DNA of 64,000 nt, taken from sequence record CP113993.1; one strand, given 5' to 3'. The notes under the pieces are model-generated. The model saw only the letters and a program-made list of their open reading frames with translations, ran no database searches and had not been told where the DNA came from. Below, piece by piece: positions 7,944 through 17,232 of this stretch. How positions within the stretch are numbered: position 1 is the first letter of the stretch; every line of letters begins with the position of its first letter. Source of the stretch: a plasmid. The position numbers and the translations under genes were made by a program.

Positions 7944-10376
7944 TTATTCGCACGTAATTTCCTGTAGTTTCGCCGTCTCCTGCAGTTTCGCCGCAGGTAT
8001 CCGGCACTGTCCCAGCGTGATATCGCCGGGGCGGTCCACCGCGTTAATCATCAGCACGCCGTTGTTCGCCACAAAGCCCAGCGGCGTGTTATTGCTGTCC
8101 CGTGCCCATGTGCCGCCCGGCACAAAGGCCCCGTCCGGCATCCTCACCTGCAGCAGGTAACGGTGCACCTTCAGAGCATCAAACGGCATCCACACCACCG
8201 CCCTGTCCGTCGGCACCACCTTCCGGCTGGTCGTGGACAGCTCCGTGTCCAGCGGCAGCGTGCCCGCATCTATGGTCACCGTATTCCAGTCATAGCTGTT
8301 CAGCGGCACCACCAGGTTCCCGTCACTGTCCGACGTTTCATTGCCGGACATCACCTTCACCCCCGGCGTGTCCTTCACGCTCACCACCGCCACCGTGTCC
8401 CCGGTGGTCCGGCTGAACATGATGTCCCGCGCCGCCGGCACCGCCAGTACCGAACCGCTGGCTGACACCGAACCACTGGTGCCCGAACCGGACGAGTGGT
8501 TCACCGTGCCGTTCAGGTTCGCCCGGTCGCCGCTGTAGGCGGCGTTCAGGTAACTGCTGACACCGCCGTCACTGTCACGGCCGCCGCCCAGACCGTAACT
8601 GAACCGGTCGTTCAGGGCCCCGGAGATACCGGTACTGACGCCGGTGCCGCCATCTTTACCGGTGCTCACCGTGGTGCTGCTGCTGTACTTCCGCTCAAAC
8701 AGGGTGAACGGCACCGACACCGACGCGGAGGCCGACCAGGTGTTCTCCCCGTTCATGTTCCGGGACCCGGACCAGCCCAGATTCAGGCTGACGCTTTTTA
8801 TCTGTGTGCTCAGGGTACCGGTAATTCCTGTCTCCTTACCGTTGTCATCAGCGTACCGGTAACTGCCGGTCGTGGAGGCCGGGTAATAGCTCCGCTGCCA
8901 GCCCGACGCCGACAGGCTGAACAGCCCCCCCACCGGCTGGCTGATGCCCGCATTCCACTCATCCCGGGTCCGGCGCCCCTGGTTCTGCTGCAGCCATGTT
9001 TCAGCCGGGTTAAAGGAGGACATGTCCTCATACTCCGCACTCTGCCGTGACCAGCTCACCCGCAGTCCGGTGTTCGTCAGTTCAAGCTGTTTGCTCCAGG
9101 CCACCTGTACCTTGTTCCCGCGGCGGCTGCCGTCCCGGTACTTCGCCGTGGCATACGCCCCGTCAGTGGAAAGCGCCCCCAGATAACCGAGCCCCAGCAC
9201 CGCACCGGCGCGGGCGCCCTGCCAGTCCTGGTTGAACACGCCCCCCGTGCGCAGCGTCAGCCCGTCCAGACCATACCCGTATGACGCGGCAAACACCCCG
9301 CCCTCCAGGTCGCTGTCATCGTCCGGTATCCCGGCCGCCACGCTGAACTCGTGCTGTCCCGGGCTCAGCTGCCCGGCCATTACCGACAGCGGGAAGACCT
9401 GCGTCTGCTCCCGGCCGTCATCCCCGGTGACGGTCATCGTCACATCCCCGCTGCTGTACAGCGGCACATCCGTGACGGAGAACGGCCCGGCCGGCATCAT
9501 TCCCGAGTACAGCGTCCTGCCGTTCTGCGTCAGGGTCACCCTTGAGGGTCCGTTCGCAATGCCGCTGAACACCGGGGTGTACCCGAGGTTACCCGGCTTC
9601 ATGCTGTTGTTCCGCGACAGGGACACCCCGTACGTGCCGGTACTGCCCAGCAGGCTGTCGCCGGTGGAGGTTTTCCCGACCGCCAGGTCCGCACTCAGGG
9701 AGCGAATGGCCCGGGTGGCCGTGAACATGTTTATCGTGGCATCGTTGTTCCCGCCGTCACCGGTGCTGGCCGTGGCTGACGAACTCACCACCCAGCGGCC
9801 GATGTTGGCGTTCAGGTCCGCAGACCCGAACGCCGAGGAGTTATTTCGCCCGGTGTTGGCGTTCGCGTTGTAGTTCATCCGGAACGCCTCCGTCCCGTAG
9901 TCCCACTCCACGTTCTCCGGCATTTTCACCAGCCCCTTCTGGGGGATGGCCAGCGACAGGCTCTGGGTGGCGACATCGAAGTCCACCTTCACCGCCGGCG
10001 CTTTCGCCAGCACATAACACTGCCGGGTGGCGTCATACCCCTCACGGAAGTACTCCGCGCTGACATAAATCCCGGCCTTTGCCAGCCACGCTTCTGACAG
10101 ACACAGCGCCTCGCTGTCCTGCGGCGTCACGTCCAGAATGTGCTTCCCGGCCTCCTTCCCGTTCAGGGACAGGTCCACCAGGTAGCGCCCCGGCGCATAA
10201 TCTCCGTTCAGCGCCGCCCAGACTTCCGGGTTAATTCCCGCCCCGCCCTGTATAAAGGACATGTCCAGTTTTTCTCCGGCACTTGCGGTACCGCTGCCCA
10301 GGGCAACCGCTGTCGCAAGTGCCAGCGCTGTCCTGCGTGCCCCCCTCTCCTCCGGTGACATCCGCATCAGTCTCAT
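7944..10376 (-). CDS. outer-membrane fimbrial usher (FaeD/PefC family)
   Basis: 810 aa, N-terminal signal, Gly/Ser/Thr/Tyr-rich beta-barrel composition, C-terminal plug/CTD region; size matches FaeD (~812 aa). Confidence 0.85.
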   Translation of the reverse strand: MRLMRMSPEERGARRTALALATAVALGSGTASAGEKLDMSFIQGGAGINPEVWAALNGDYAPGRYLVDLSLNGKEAGKHILDVTPQDSEALCLSEAWLAKAGIYVSAEYFREGYDATRQCYVLAKAPAVKVDFDVATQSLSLAIPQKGLVKMPENVEWDYGTEAFRMNYNANANTGRNNSSAFGSADLNANIGRWVVSSSATASTGDGGNNDATINMFTATRAIRSLSADLAVGKTSTGDSLLGSTGTYGVSLSRNNSMKPGNLGYTPVFSGIANGPSRVTLTQNGRTLYSGMMPAGPFSVTDVPLYSSGDVTMTVTGDDGREQTQVFPLSVMAGQLSPGQHEFSVAAGIPDDDSDLEGGVFAASYGYGLDGLTLRTGGVFNQDWQGARAGAVLGLGYLGALSTDGAYATAKYRDGSRRGNKVQVAWSKQLELTNTGLRVSWSRQSAEYEDMSSFNPAETWLQQNQGRRTRDEWNAGISQPVGGLFSLSASGWQRSYYPASTTGSYRYADDNGKETGITGTLSTQIKSVSLNLGWSGSRNMNGENTWSASASVSVPFTLFERKYSSSTTVSTGKDGGTGVSTGISGALNDRFSYGLGGGRDSDGGVSSYLNAAYSGDRANLNGTVNHSSGSGTSGSVSASGSVLAVPAARDIMFSRTTGDTVAVVSVKDTPGVKVMSGNETSDSDGNLVVPLNSYDWNTVTIDAGTLPLDTELSTTSRKVVPTDRAVVWMPFDALKVHRYLLQVRMPDGAFVPGGTWARDSNNTPLGFVANNGVLMINAVDRPGDITLGQCRIPAAKLQETAKLQEITCE

Positions 10377-10400
10377 TCTGCTGCTCCTCCTTATTTTGTT

Positions 10401-10940
10401 TTACTGATACGTCACCACAAAGGTCAGGGCGCCGCTGTATTCCCCGGCCTTCACGTCCGCCGGAAACACCGGCTGTGCATGAAACCGGAACTGCCCCCTG
10501 GCAGCAAAATCCACCGGGTACTTCACCGCATGGTTTGCCTGCGTGATGCGCCCCCGGAAGTCTGCCTGCGTGTCCGCGGCCCGCACATCGATACGGATAC
10601 CGTCGCCGGCGCCACGGGTGACCACGCCCTGTCCGTCCAGCTGGCCCGGGTTGCCAAAATTCAGGGTGGCGATCTGCCCGGCCAGAAAGGCCGAACAGCC
10701 CTGAACGGTGGCACCGGTCTCATACAGCCGCACGGTGAAGTCACGCGGCGACACGGGTGCAGCGGACGACTTACGGTATGTCCCGAACGTCAGCCGGCTG
10801 CTGCCGGTACCGTCAGCATCCACCACCACATGACAGGCAGAGGCCACCACATCAGCGCTGAACAGGATTTTCTGAACAGAAGCGTGAGAAAGCCCGCCTC
10901 CTGCCAGCAGCAGAAGGTAAAATATCTTTATTTTTTTCAT
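10401..10940 (-). CDS. fimbrial subunit (FaeC/PefA-like, first structural gene)
   Basis: 179 aa, signal peptide [20 protein letters not shown], two Cys early in mature part, C-terminal ...TFVVTYQ donor-strand-acceptor-type ending. Confidence 0.7.
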   Translation of the reverse strand: MKKIKIFYLLLLAGGGLSHASVQKILFSADVVASACHVVVDADGTGSSRLTFGTYRKSSAAPVSPRDFTVRLYETGATVQGCSAFLAGQIATLNFGNPGQLDGQGVVTRGAGDGIRIDVRAADTQADFRGRITQANHAVKYPVDFAARGQFRFHAQPVFPADVKAGEYSGALTFVVTYQ

Positions 10941-10984
10941 AGGTTCACGTTTGCACGGAAATAAAGACCAGTTATCTCATTATC

Positions 10985-11305
10985 TCAGCAAATAACCGGA
11001 ATTGTCTGTCCTGTAAATTCCCCCTGCGGAATGTAATATGGCATAAGCCGGGATACAGTCTGGTTAACACGCTGGAGCCGTTTCAGCGCCCCTGAAAAAT
11101 AGCCGGGAGAAACATGATGCCGTTCACAGGCTTCCACGCGGGTATATCCCAGCACAAGATGGTCTTTAAGCGACTGAATCACTTTTTCACTGTGAATAGG
11201 CGATACTTCCACCAGTAACCAGAAATGAATTTCCGGCATTTCTCCCGGAATGAGGGATTTCCCGAAACTCCTGGTCAAAAGCAAATAACTGTCTTGTCCT
11301 GACAT
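10985..11305 (-). CDS. PapB/PefB/FaeB-family fimbrial transcriptional regulator
   Basis: 106 aa; SEKVIQSLKDHLVLGYTRVEACERHHVSPGYFSGALKRLQRVNQ resembles the PapB-family DNA-binding core; first gene of the operon. Confidence 0.65.
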   Translation of the reverse strand: MSGQDSYLLLTRSFGKSLIPGEMPEIHFWLLVEVSPIHSEKVIQSLKDHLVLGYTRVEACERHHVSPGYFSGALKRLQRVNQTVSRLMPYYIPQGEFTGQTIPVIC

Positions 11306-11853
11306 ATAACGGTACCCCAGAAATAAAAGCTGCTCTGCATCAGGCCGTATGACACCTGCAGTAATCCGGGTGGAATACAGGCTGCACTAAGGCTGATTGT
11401 TCTGGGGAAAAAAGATATCACAGCCATTTATATCGAAAAAGACAAAATACACGATCTTTAATACCACAAATAAAAGAAAAGCAAGAATAAAGAACCAAAA
11501 CACAAGCAACTTAAAGAGGATTACTCTAAAAAACACAAAAATTACCAGATAAGAGTTTATTTTATGTATAAAAATCAATATTTATGCCTAAGTAAATTAT
11601 TAAGCATAATCCAGATCTTAATCAAAAAACGATTAACAAAATTACGTAAAAATATGAAGTTAATAATCATTAAAAATATTAAGTGGTGGTATTAATGCAG
11701 CGTTTATTAATAATTCAAATAAATAACACCTTAAAAAGAGATATGACAAAGATGAAAGATCACCCTGCTCATGAAAAATCACGAGAATTCAGCATTACAA
11801 TACGTAGAAAGTAGTAATAAAATTTTCACAAAGCAAAAGTTAACGGAAAAAAT
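11306..11853. promoter_or_regulatory. AT-rich divergent fimbrial regulatory region with three GATC (Dam) sites, one in a pap-like ACGATCTTTA context
   Basis: GATC at 11453-11456 (cacGATCtttaat), 11614-11617 and 11758-11761; ~75% AT; lies between divergent papB-like and papI-like genes as in pap/pef/fae phase-variation switches. Confidence 0.5.
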
Positions 11854-11988
11854 ATGAAGCGCCAGATAGTCCAGTATATGTGTGGTAAAAGCGAGGGGTG
11901 TGGTACAGCGGAAATTGCTTATGCTCTGAAATTAAGCTCTTACCAGGCCCGTTATTATCTGCAGCAACTGGAAAAGGAAAAAAAGTAA
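11854..11988 (+). CDS. short PapI-family regulator (44 aa), divergent from papB-like gene
   Basis: MKRQIVQYMCGKSEGCGTAEIAYALKLSSYQARYYLQQLEKEKK; SYQARYYL..LEK matches the PapI signature; below the ORF-track length cutoff, found by manual translation. Confidence 0.6.
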   Translation: MKRQIVQYMCGKSEGCGTAEIAYALKLSSYQARYYLQQLEKEKK

Positions 11989-12266
11989 CCCGCACTCCCC
12001 TGCGTCGCGGAGCCAGAACGATATGGACAGTGTCAAACTAACGTTACCGGTAAAGAATTCAGTGTCGCCTGACAAACAGGTACCCGGTGTTTCAGTTTCC
12101 GGGCTGCACTGGCCTGCCCGTCGGCTGTCTAAGTGTTGCTGGCAGTGGCGACAGGGGAAATTAAAGCGGCCATCAAAAACTGAAACAAAAATGCAGCCGT
12201 AGTGTACGACATAGGGCCTTTGTAGAGACATTCAGAAAACCATAACAGTCTCCTGTTTGCTACCAT

Positions 12267-13234
12267 CTATACAGGTGTCGGGGGCTCCCAACCCTTTTCA
12301 TCCTCCTGAAACAGTGGAGCTCTATCGCAACCAGCATGCACATTAATATAGCCGCGATAGTACTTCTCACTACCTTCGCGATGATGATCCACATCTGGCC
12401 GGGAAATAATGTAATCACCGTGACCGGTACGTTCTGTCACGTTATGCCAGGCCACCATTTCAGCAAAGACCTGATTAAACTGACGGTCATTACCTTCGGG
12501 TTCAAAGCCCATTCTGGGGTCCCGCTCAAACAATACCGGAGCAATCAGATCCAGTTTATCTGCCAGTTCGTTACGGTCATGATGATTATGGAATACCACC
12601 CTGTCACCATAATCCGTGCAGACAAATTGATCAGTCCGGCGATCGCGGAACCGGACACTGCCGTTTTTCTGCAGGCGCGCCTCCAGATCCCCCTGTTTTC
12701 ATATACCGGCGTTCCGCCAGGTTCACAAAGTATCACGCAGCGATCGGCTGTCGTGGTTCGTGACTTGTCCTTACGGCGATCGCGATAATCCCATCCACGG
12801 AGTTGCGAAACAGCAGCCCTGTCTCCCTGTACAGCCTGAGCTTCCACCCACTGGCGATATGACGAAGGATACCATTTCCCTTCAGCAATAAGTTTCTGTC
12901 GCTCATCCCTGACCTCTTCTTTAAGCCTGATCAGGGCCTGCATACGCTGCACCTCGGCAATGTGATAATGCAGCTTACGTAAAACAGGATCGTCATACTG
13001 AACACGAATATGAGACTTACGCAGACGACACGCCTGGTGAATTTCCCGGCAGCGTTCACTATAACGCAGCTCAGGTTTACGCCAATGCTCCCGCCATGCA
13101 AGATAGCGGGCACGAAGGTCTGCCCGTGCTTCTGCTCTCGCCTCGCGACGCTGACGACGCAGAACAGGATCACGCCTGCAGCTCCTCATCCTCCAAATCA
13201 TCCCGGACGGAGACATAGGATACCAGGTCTTCAA
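12267..13234 (-). pseudogene. disrupted Arg/Glu-rich mobilization protein (ColE1 MbeA/MbeB-like relaxase region remnant), two overlapping same-strand ORFs
   Basis: ORFs 12545-13234 (229 aa) and 12267-12599 (110 aa) overlap out of frame; highly Arg-rich coiled sequence; lies directly 3' of a MobC-like gene; no intact relaxase N-terminus in the 215-bp gap. Confidence 0.3.
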
Positions 13235-13448
13235 ACGAAGACTTGCCGTCCCTTCTCTTTTTCGGAATGCTGCCGTTCACAATAAAACCTTAGTTTTCCA
13301 TTAACTGTTTACGTACTGTATTAGACAGTTCGGTGATGGCAACAAGCACACTGGCATACTCTTTGTCACCCGTTATTTTCCCTTCAACAAACAGATGCTT
13401 TTGCATCCATCCCAGCCTCATGAGTTCCTTCAGGAACTTATCATCAAT

Positions 13449-13625
13449 TCAGGAATGTACGCGTTTGTTCAATGCCGCACTTCGTATGTAGGCAGAAACA
13501 GTAAGCCTGGCATCTTCAGCTTTTTTTCTTATGATCTCATCTTCATCGGGAGAAAACCGGACCGCTCTGAGGAGGGTCTTCTGCCGTTTTTCACTACCAC
13601 TTCTTTCTCGCTTATCACTCACGGT
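13449..13625 (-). CDS. mobC: MobC/MbeC-family relaxosome accessory protein (ribbon-helix-helix)
   Basis: C-terminal RFSPDEDEIIRKKAEDARLTVSAYIRSAALNKR matches the MobC-family motif (R.T.DE...L...A...GLS.SEY.R); probable GTG start at 13625. Confidence 0.6.
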   Translation of the reverse strand, partial: TVSDKRERSGSEKRQKTLLRAVRFSPDEDEIIRKKAEDARLTVSAYIRSAALNKRVHS

Positions 13626-13667
13626 GTGCTCCTTACCGGGGTGTCGGGGCGAAGCCCTGACCAAGTG

Positions 13668-13705
13668 GTAAATGTATGGCCGCGCGTGCGCGGTTATACA
13701 TTTAC
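13668..13705. repeat. 10-bp perfect inverted repeat with GC-rich palindromic core immediately 5' of mobC; candidate oriT
   Basis: GTAAATGTAT-GGCCGCGCGTGCGCGG-TT-ATACATTTAC. Confidence 0.45.
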
Positions 13706-13789
13706 ACATCCTGCCCCCGGAAAGTCCGGCTGCGGGGAACAGGCCGCAGAAGTGGCTGCGGGAGGACAAACAGCAGCACCATCCGGCGC

Positions 13790-15235
13790 TGTGACCTTAC
13801 ACCCCTTGACATCCTCCACACCCTGAATGACGTGGATCCCTGCTACGTTCAGGCTGTCGCCTGAATCATTTCGGTGGGTTCCTGCTTCAACGGGCGGCCT
13901 GACTGCACCCTCCCTCCACAGGCAAGAACGGCGTGCCCCGCCGCTAAAATGTTACGAGCACCATTTACATCGGCGTTCGCTGTATATCCACATGCCTGAC
14001 ACTCGAATTTGCTTTGTGACGGGCGATTTTCTTTCGCTGTATGACCACAGCACACACAACGCTGGCTTGTGTACGCTGGCGGTACTGCCAGTACCTGACC
14101 GCCACGCCAGATCTGCTTGTACTCAAGCTGGCGGCGCATTTCATACCAGCCCAGATCCAGTATCGAACGGTTTAAACCTGATTTTGCCCGGACATTGCGC
14201 CCCGGCTGGCTGACCGTACCCGCTGCTGACCTGGACATGTTGCTGACCTTCAAATCCTCAATGACTATCATTGCGTGGTTTTTGCTGATTGTCGTTGTGA
14301 CTTTGTGTAGGTAGTCCCTGCGGATATTTGCGATACGGGAATGCAGGCGCTGTATTTTGCGTTTCTGCTTCTGCCAGTTGTTGCTGAATTTAACTTTGTG
14401 ACTTAACTGGCGCTGAAGTCTTGCCAGCTTTTTCTGTTTTTTCTGAAAACTGTTTACAGGCTCAAAGACTGTGCCATCTGACAGCGTGGCAAGTTTAGCC
14501 ACGCCAGCATCCAGTCCGACCATTGATACTGAAGGGTGAACAGGATCAGATACTTCACTTTCAGTCTGAATGCTGATGTACCACTTACCGTAGGACTGGC
14601 TGACTGTGACATTTTTTACAACATCCGTGACCTGACGACTGTTTCGGTAGCGCATCCAGCCAGGTTTCGGCAGAAAAATACGGCTGTTTTCCTGATCGAG
14701 CTTAACGCCCTGCGGGTAGCGGAATGCATCATTCTGTCCCCGCTTTTTGAATCGGGGAAAAGCCGCACGCTTCTGGAAGAAATTTTTGTAGGCTCGCTCA
14801 AGGTCTTTCAGTGACTGTTGCAATGGCTGTGATGGGGCATCTTTAAGCCATTGGGTTTCAGTGGCATTTTTCCACTCAACCAACCACGAGGTCATTTTCG
14901 TGTAGGAAATATATTTATTTCCGGCCTCATGATTCTCATTCTGAAGTGCCAGGGCACGATTGAAAACGAAACGACACGCACCCGCGAAGCACCTCATTTC
15001 ACGCTCCTGTTGACCATTTGGTCTTAACTGGAATTTAAATGCCTGTAGTCGTTTCATCCCGCTATTTTAAACAAAAAAAGTTAGGCGGAAAACCGCGCCT
15101 TATATCCCCGACCTGAAGGACGGGGCTTTACGGCGCACCGGGGTAAGGGTGCGGGGAGCGCCGTCACCGGCGCGACAGGGGCGGATGAACAGCACTACGG
15201 TGCCAGATAGTTTTCCTGAATCGGAAACACCTGAT
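13790..15235 (-). mobile_element. IS200/IS605-family element carrying tnpB only (IS1341-type); ends approximate
   Basis: 402-aa TnpB CDS with structured GC-rich sub-terminal hairpins at 15058-15230 (left end) and 13790-13860 (right end); no Y1 tnpA present. Confidence 0.6.
13849..15057 (-). CDS. tnpB: TnpB (OrfB) RuvC-like RNA-guided endonuclease of IS200/IS605 family
   Basis: 402 aa; OrfB_IS605-like N-terminus ([17 protein letters not shown]), RuvC motifs ([18 protein letters not shown]), C-terminal zinc finger CVCCGH...[18 protein letters not shown]. Confidence 0.85.
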   Translation of the reverse strand: MKRLQAFKFQLRPNGQQEREMRCFAGACRFVFNRALALQNENHEAGNKYISYTKMTSWLVEWKNATETQWLKDAPSQPLQQSLKDLERAYKNFFQKRAAFPRFKKRGQNDAFRYPQGVKLDQENSRIFLPKPGWMRYRNSRQVTDVVKNVTVSQSYGKWYISIQTESEVSDPVHPSVSMVGLDAGVAKLATLSDGTVFEPVNSFQKKQKKLARLQRQLSHKVKFSNNWQKQKRKIQRLHSRIANIRRDYLHKVTTTISKNHAMIVIEDLKVSNMSRSAAGTVSQPGRNVRAKSGLNRSILDLGWYEMRRQLEYKQIWRGGQVLAVPPAYTSQRCVCCGHTAKENRPSQSKFECQACGYTANADVNGARNILAAGHAVLACGGRVQSGRPLKQEPTEMIQATA

Positions 15236-15412
15236 TGTGTTCGAACGGATGTCTGACGACACCAGATAAACCCGGGGTTAAGGGGACAAAAGAAAATAAA
15301 CCAGTGATAAAAAGTGAAGTTTTTACACTTTTTAAAAGCAATAAATACGCTTTATCGCAGGGAGAATATGATAAAATAAAGTGTAATTATTTCACTTTTT
15401 CAAAGGTGTTTT

Positions 15413-15664
15413 ATGACAGGTTGGGAGCTGCGCATCTGGAGAAAGGGGATGTGCTGGTCACGCGAAAAAGCTGCGCGGGAGTTCGGCGTAACTTTGCGGA
15501 CATGGCACGCGTGGGAAAATGCGGAACAGGTGGATGTCACAGTCTGGCGAACCACCCAGGCACTTTCTGTCCTCGACCTGTTACCGCTCATGCATCGGAT
15601 GCGCAAAACTGACATCATCACTCGTCTGGAAAATGAATTGGGGAAAACGGCAGTGGGAGTATGA
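15413..15664 (+). CDS. small Cro/C1 (Xre)-type HTH DNA-binding protein
   Basis: 83 aa; WSREKAAREFGVTLRTWHAWE is a typical HTH_XRE helix-turn-helix. Confidence 0.4.
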   Translation: MTGWELRIWRKGMCWSREKAAREFGVTLRTWHAWENAEQVDVTVWRTTQALSVLDLLPLMHRMRKTDIITRLENELGKTAVGV

Positions 15665-15705
15665 ACCTTAAGAAAACAAAGCCCGGCAAAAGTGGGCGGT
15701 ACACT

Positions 15706-15933
15706 TCAGTCAGCAAATAATTTTTTCAGTTCAGCACCGGAAAGCCCGGTTGCCTGTTCAATCTGCTCTGGTGTCATTCCCATATTCCGGAGCTGTCGTG
15801 CAATAGCCTGTGCTTTTTCAGCAGCGCCCTCCTGACGACCTTCCTGACGACCTTCCTGACGACCTTCCTGGAGACCTTCCTTGCGTCCTTTCTGCTCAAG
15901 ACGTTCAGCAATAGTCATCAATTCCCCCTGCAT
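15706..15933 (-). pseudogene. C-terminal fragment of an Rpn (YhgA-like) recombination-promoting nuclease paralogue
   Basis: 75 aa nearly identical to the C-terminus of the adjacent 337-aa Rpn (EGRQEGRQEG repeats, NMGMTPEQIEQATGLSGAELKK). Confidence 0.6.
15829..15890. repeat. 12-bp tandem coding repeat (CCTTCCTGACGA x3-5) encoding EGRQ repeats; second copy at 16098-16180
   Basis: ccttcctgacgaccttcctgacgaccttcctgacgaccttcctggagaccttcc; in-frame within the Rpn C-termini. Confidence 0.7.
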
Positions 15934-15976
15934 GATTTTACAAAAATCCCGGCATTTGCCGGGATTTTCAGTTCAG

Positions 15977-16990
15977 TTAGTGAATAACCTTTTTCAGTTC
16001 AGCATCGGAAAGCCCGGTCGCCTGTTTAATCTGCTCCGGCGTCATTCCCATATTCCGGAGCTGTCGTGCAATAGCCTGTGCTTTTTCAGCAGCGCCCTCC
16101 TGACGACCTTCCTGACGACCTTCCTGGCGCCCTTCCTGGAGACCTTCCTTGCGTCCTTCCTCGCGACCTTTCTGCTCAAGACGTTCAGCAATAGTCATAA
16201 GTTTATCCTCATGTTGCGGCAGACGCGCAGCCAGCGCCCGCATAAATTCCGGGGAAGGTGAATCTCCCGCATTCACCATGTAATGAATCAGTACGCGTAC
16301 CTGCTCATCAGATACCATCTCCACCATTAACAGAGGGAGCTTATCCAGTAGCTCCATCAGGTCACGCTGGCGGATATGCTTCATCAGCAGTGTCAGCGCG
16401 GCCATGCGGCGATGGCACATGATGTCATCGTCATCAATGACGGTGACATCAACCAGCGGAAACGGGTTTGTATATATTTTACCCGCAACTTCCGGATTAC
16501 TGAAGCAGTCCAGCCAGTTTGTTGAATGTGGGTAGGGGCTGCGCTCTCCGTGATAGAACTGCAGCGGTATGACCAGCGGCAGCCTGCTATGCCCGGCTTC
16601 CAGGTGCCTTTGCATCGCTGCAATGGCATAACGCATCTGGCGAAACGCCATCATTTTATCATCGCTGGACTGATGTTCGATTAAAACATGGATGTATCCG
16701 TCATCGCCGTCAGTGGTTTTCATGCTCCACAGGATATCGCTGGCATACTGGCGCAGGTCTTCCTCAACGAACGTACCGGATTCCAGCTTCAGCGTGTCCA
16801 GGTTACAGACAGCCCGTAGTTCAGCCGGAAGGTGCAGTTCCAGAAAATCTCTGGCAACGTCGGGATTCGCCAGGAACGACCGGAACGCAGCATCATGCGG
16901 CGTGGGCGTTGTGGTGTTTTTCTTTTTACTCACTGTGCCTCCTGGTGAGATATCAGTACCAATCTTGCCGCCTGCTTTCGTGGACGGCAA
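15977..16990 (-). CDS. Rpn family recombination-promoting nuclease/putative transposase (YhgA-like, PD-(D/E)XK)
   Basis: 337 aa; HDAAFRSFLANPDVARDFLELHLP...[10 protein letters not shown]...C-terminal EGRQ repeats, characteristic of E. coli RpnA-E. Confidence 0.8.
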   Translation of the reverse strand: MPSTKAGGKIGTDISPGGTVSKKKNTTTPTPHDAAFRSFLANPDVARDFLELHLPAELRAVCNLDTLKLESGTFVEEDLRQYASDILWSMKTTDGDDGYIHVLIEHQSSDDKMMAFRQMRYAIAAMQRHLEAGHSRLPLVIPLQFYHGERSPYPHSTNWLDCFSNPEVAGKIYTNPFPLVDVTVIDDDDIMCHRRMAALTLLMKHIRQRDLMELLDKLPLLMVEMVSDEQVRVLIHYMVNAGDSPSPEFMRALAARLPQHEDKLMTIAERLEQKGREEGRKEGLQEGRQEGRQEGRQEGAAEKAQAIARQLRNMGMTPEQIKQATGLSDAELKKVIH

Positions 16991-17232
16991 GGGTTAATCA
17001 GTTTCAGGCACGTTTTATTTCAAGTGCGCGGAGTAAATGCCCCCACTCGCCTGAACGCATGGCGGGAACATGTACCCGCTGCTGTTTGCTGCAGCGTCTG
17101 ACAAGATGACAACCCGGCGCCAGGATTTCGGGGTCAATTTCATCCGGTGTCATCTGCCGCCGTGTGACGCGGGTCTGACGACGTACTTTTTTATCCTTCT
17201 GCAGACACTCTTCGCGTTGCTGCTTTACATAA

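Noticed and set aside
11932-12231. 99-aa minus-strand ORF
   Set aside because: It overlaps the manually identified PapI-like gene (11854-11988) on the opposite strand. It is Cys/Phe-rich and looks like a non-coding strand.
15829-16180. Tandem 12-bp repeats, considered as a possible CRISPR or VNTR locus
   Set aside because: The repeats are contiguous with no spacers. They lie in-frame inside the Rpn coding sequences, where they encode EGRQ repeats. They are not a CRISPR array.
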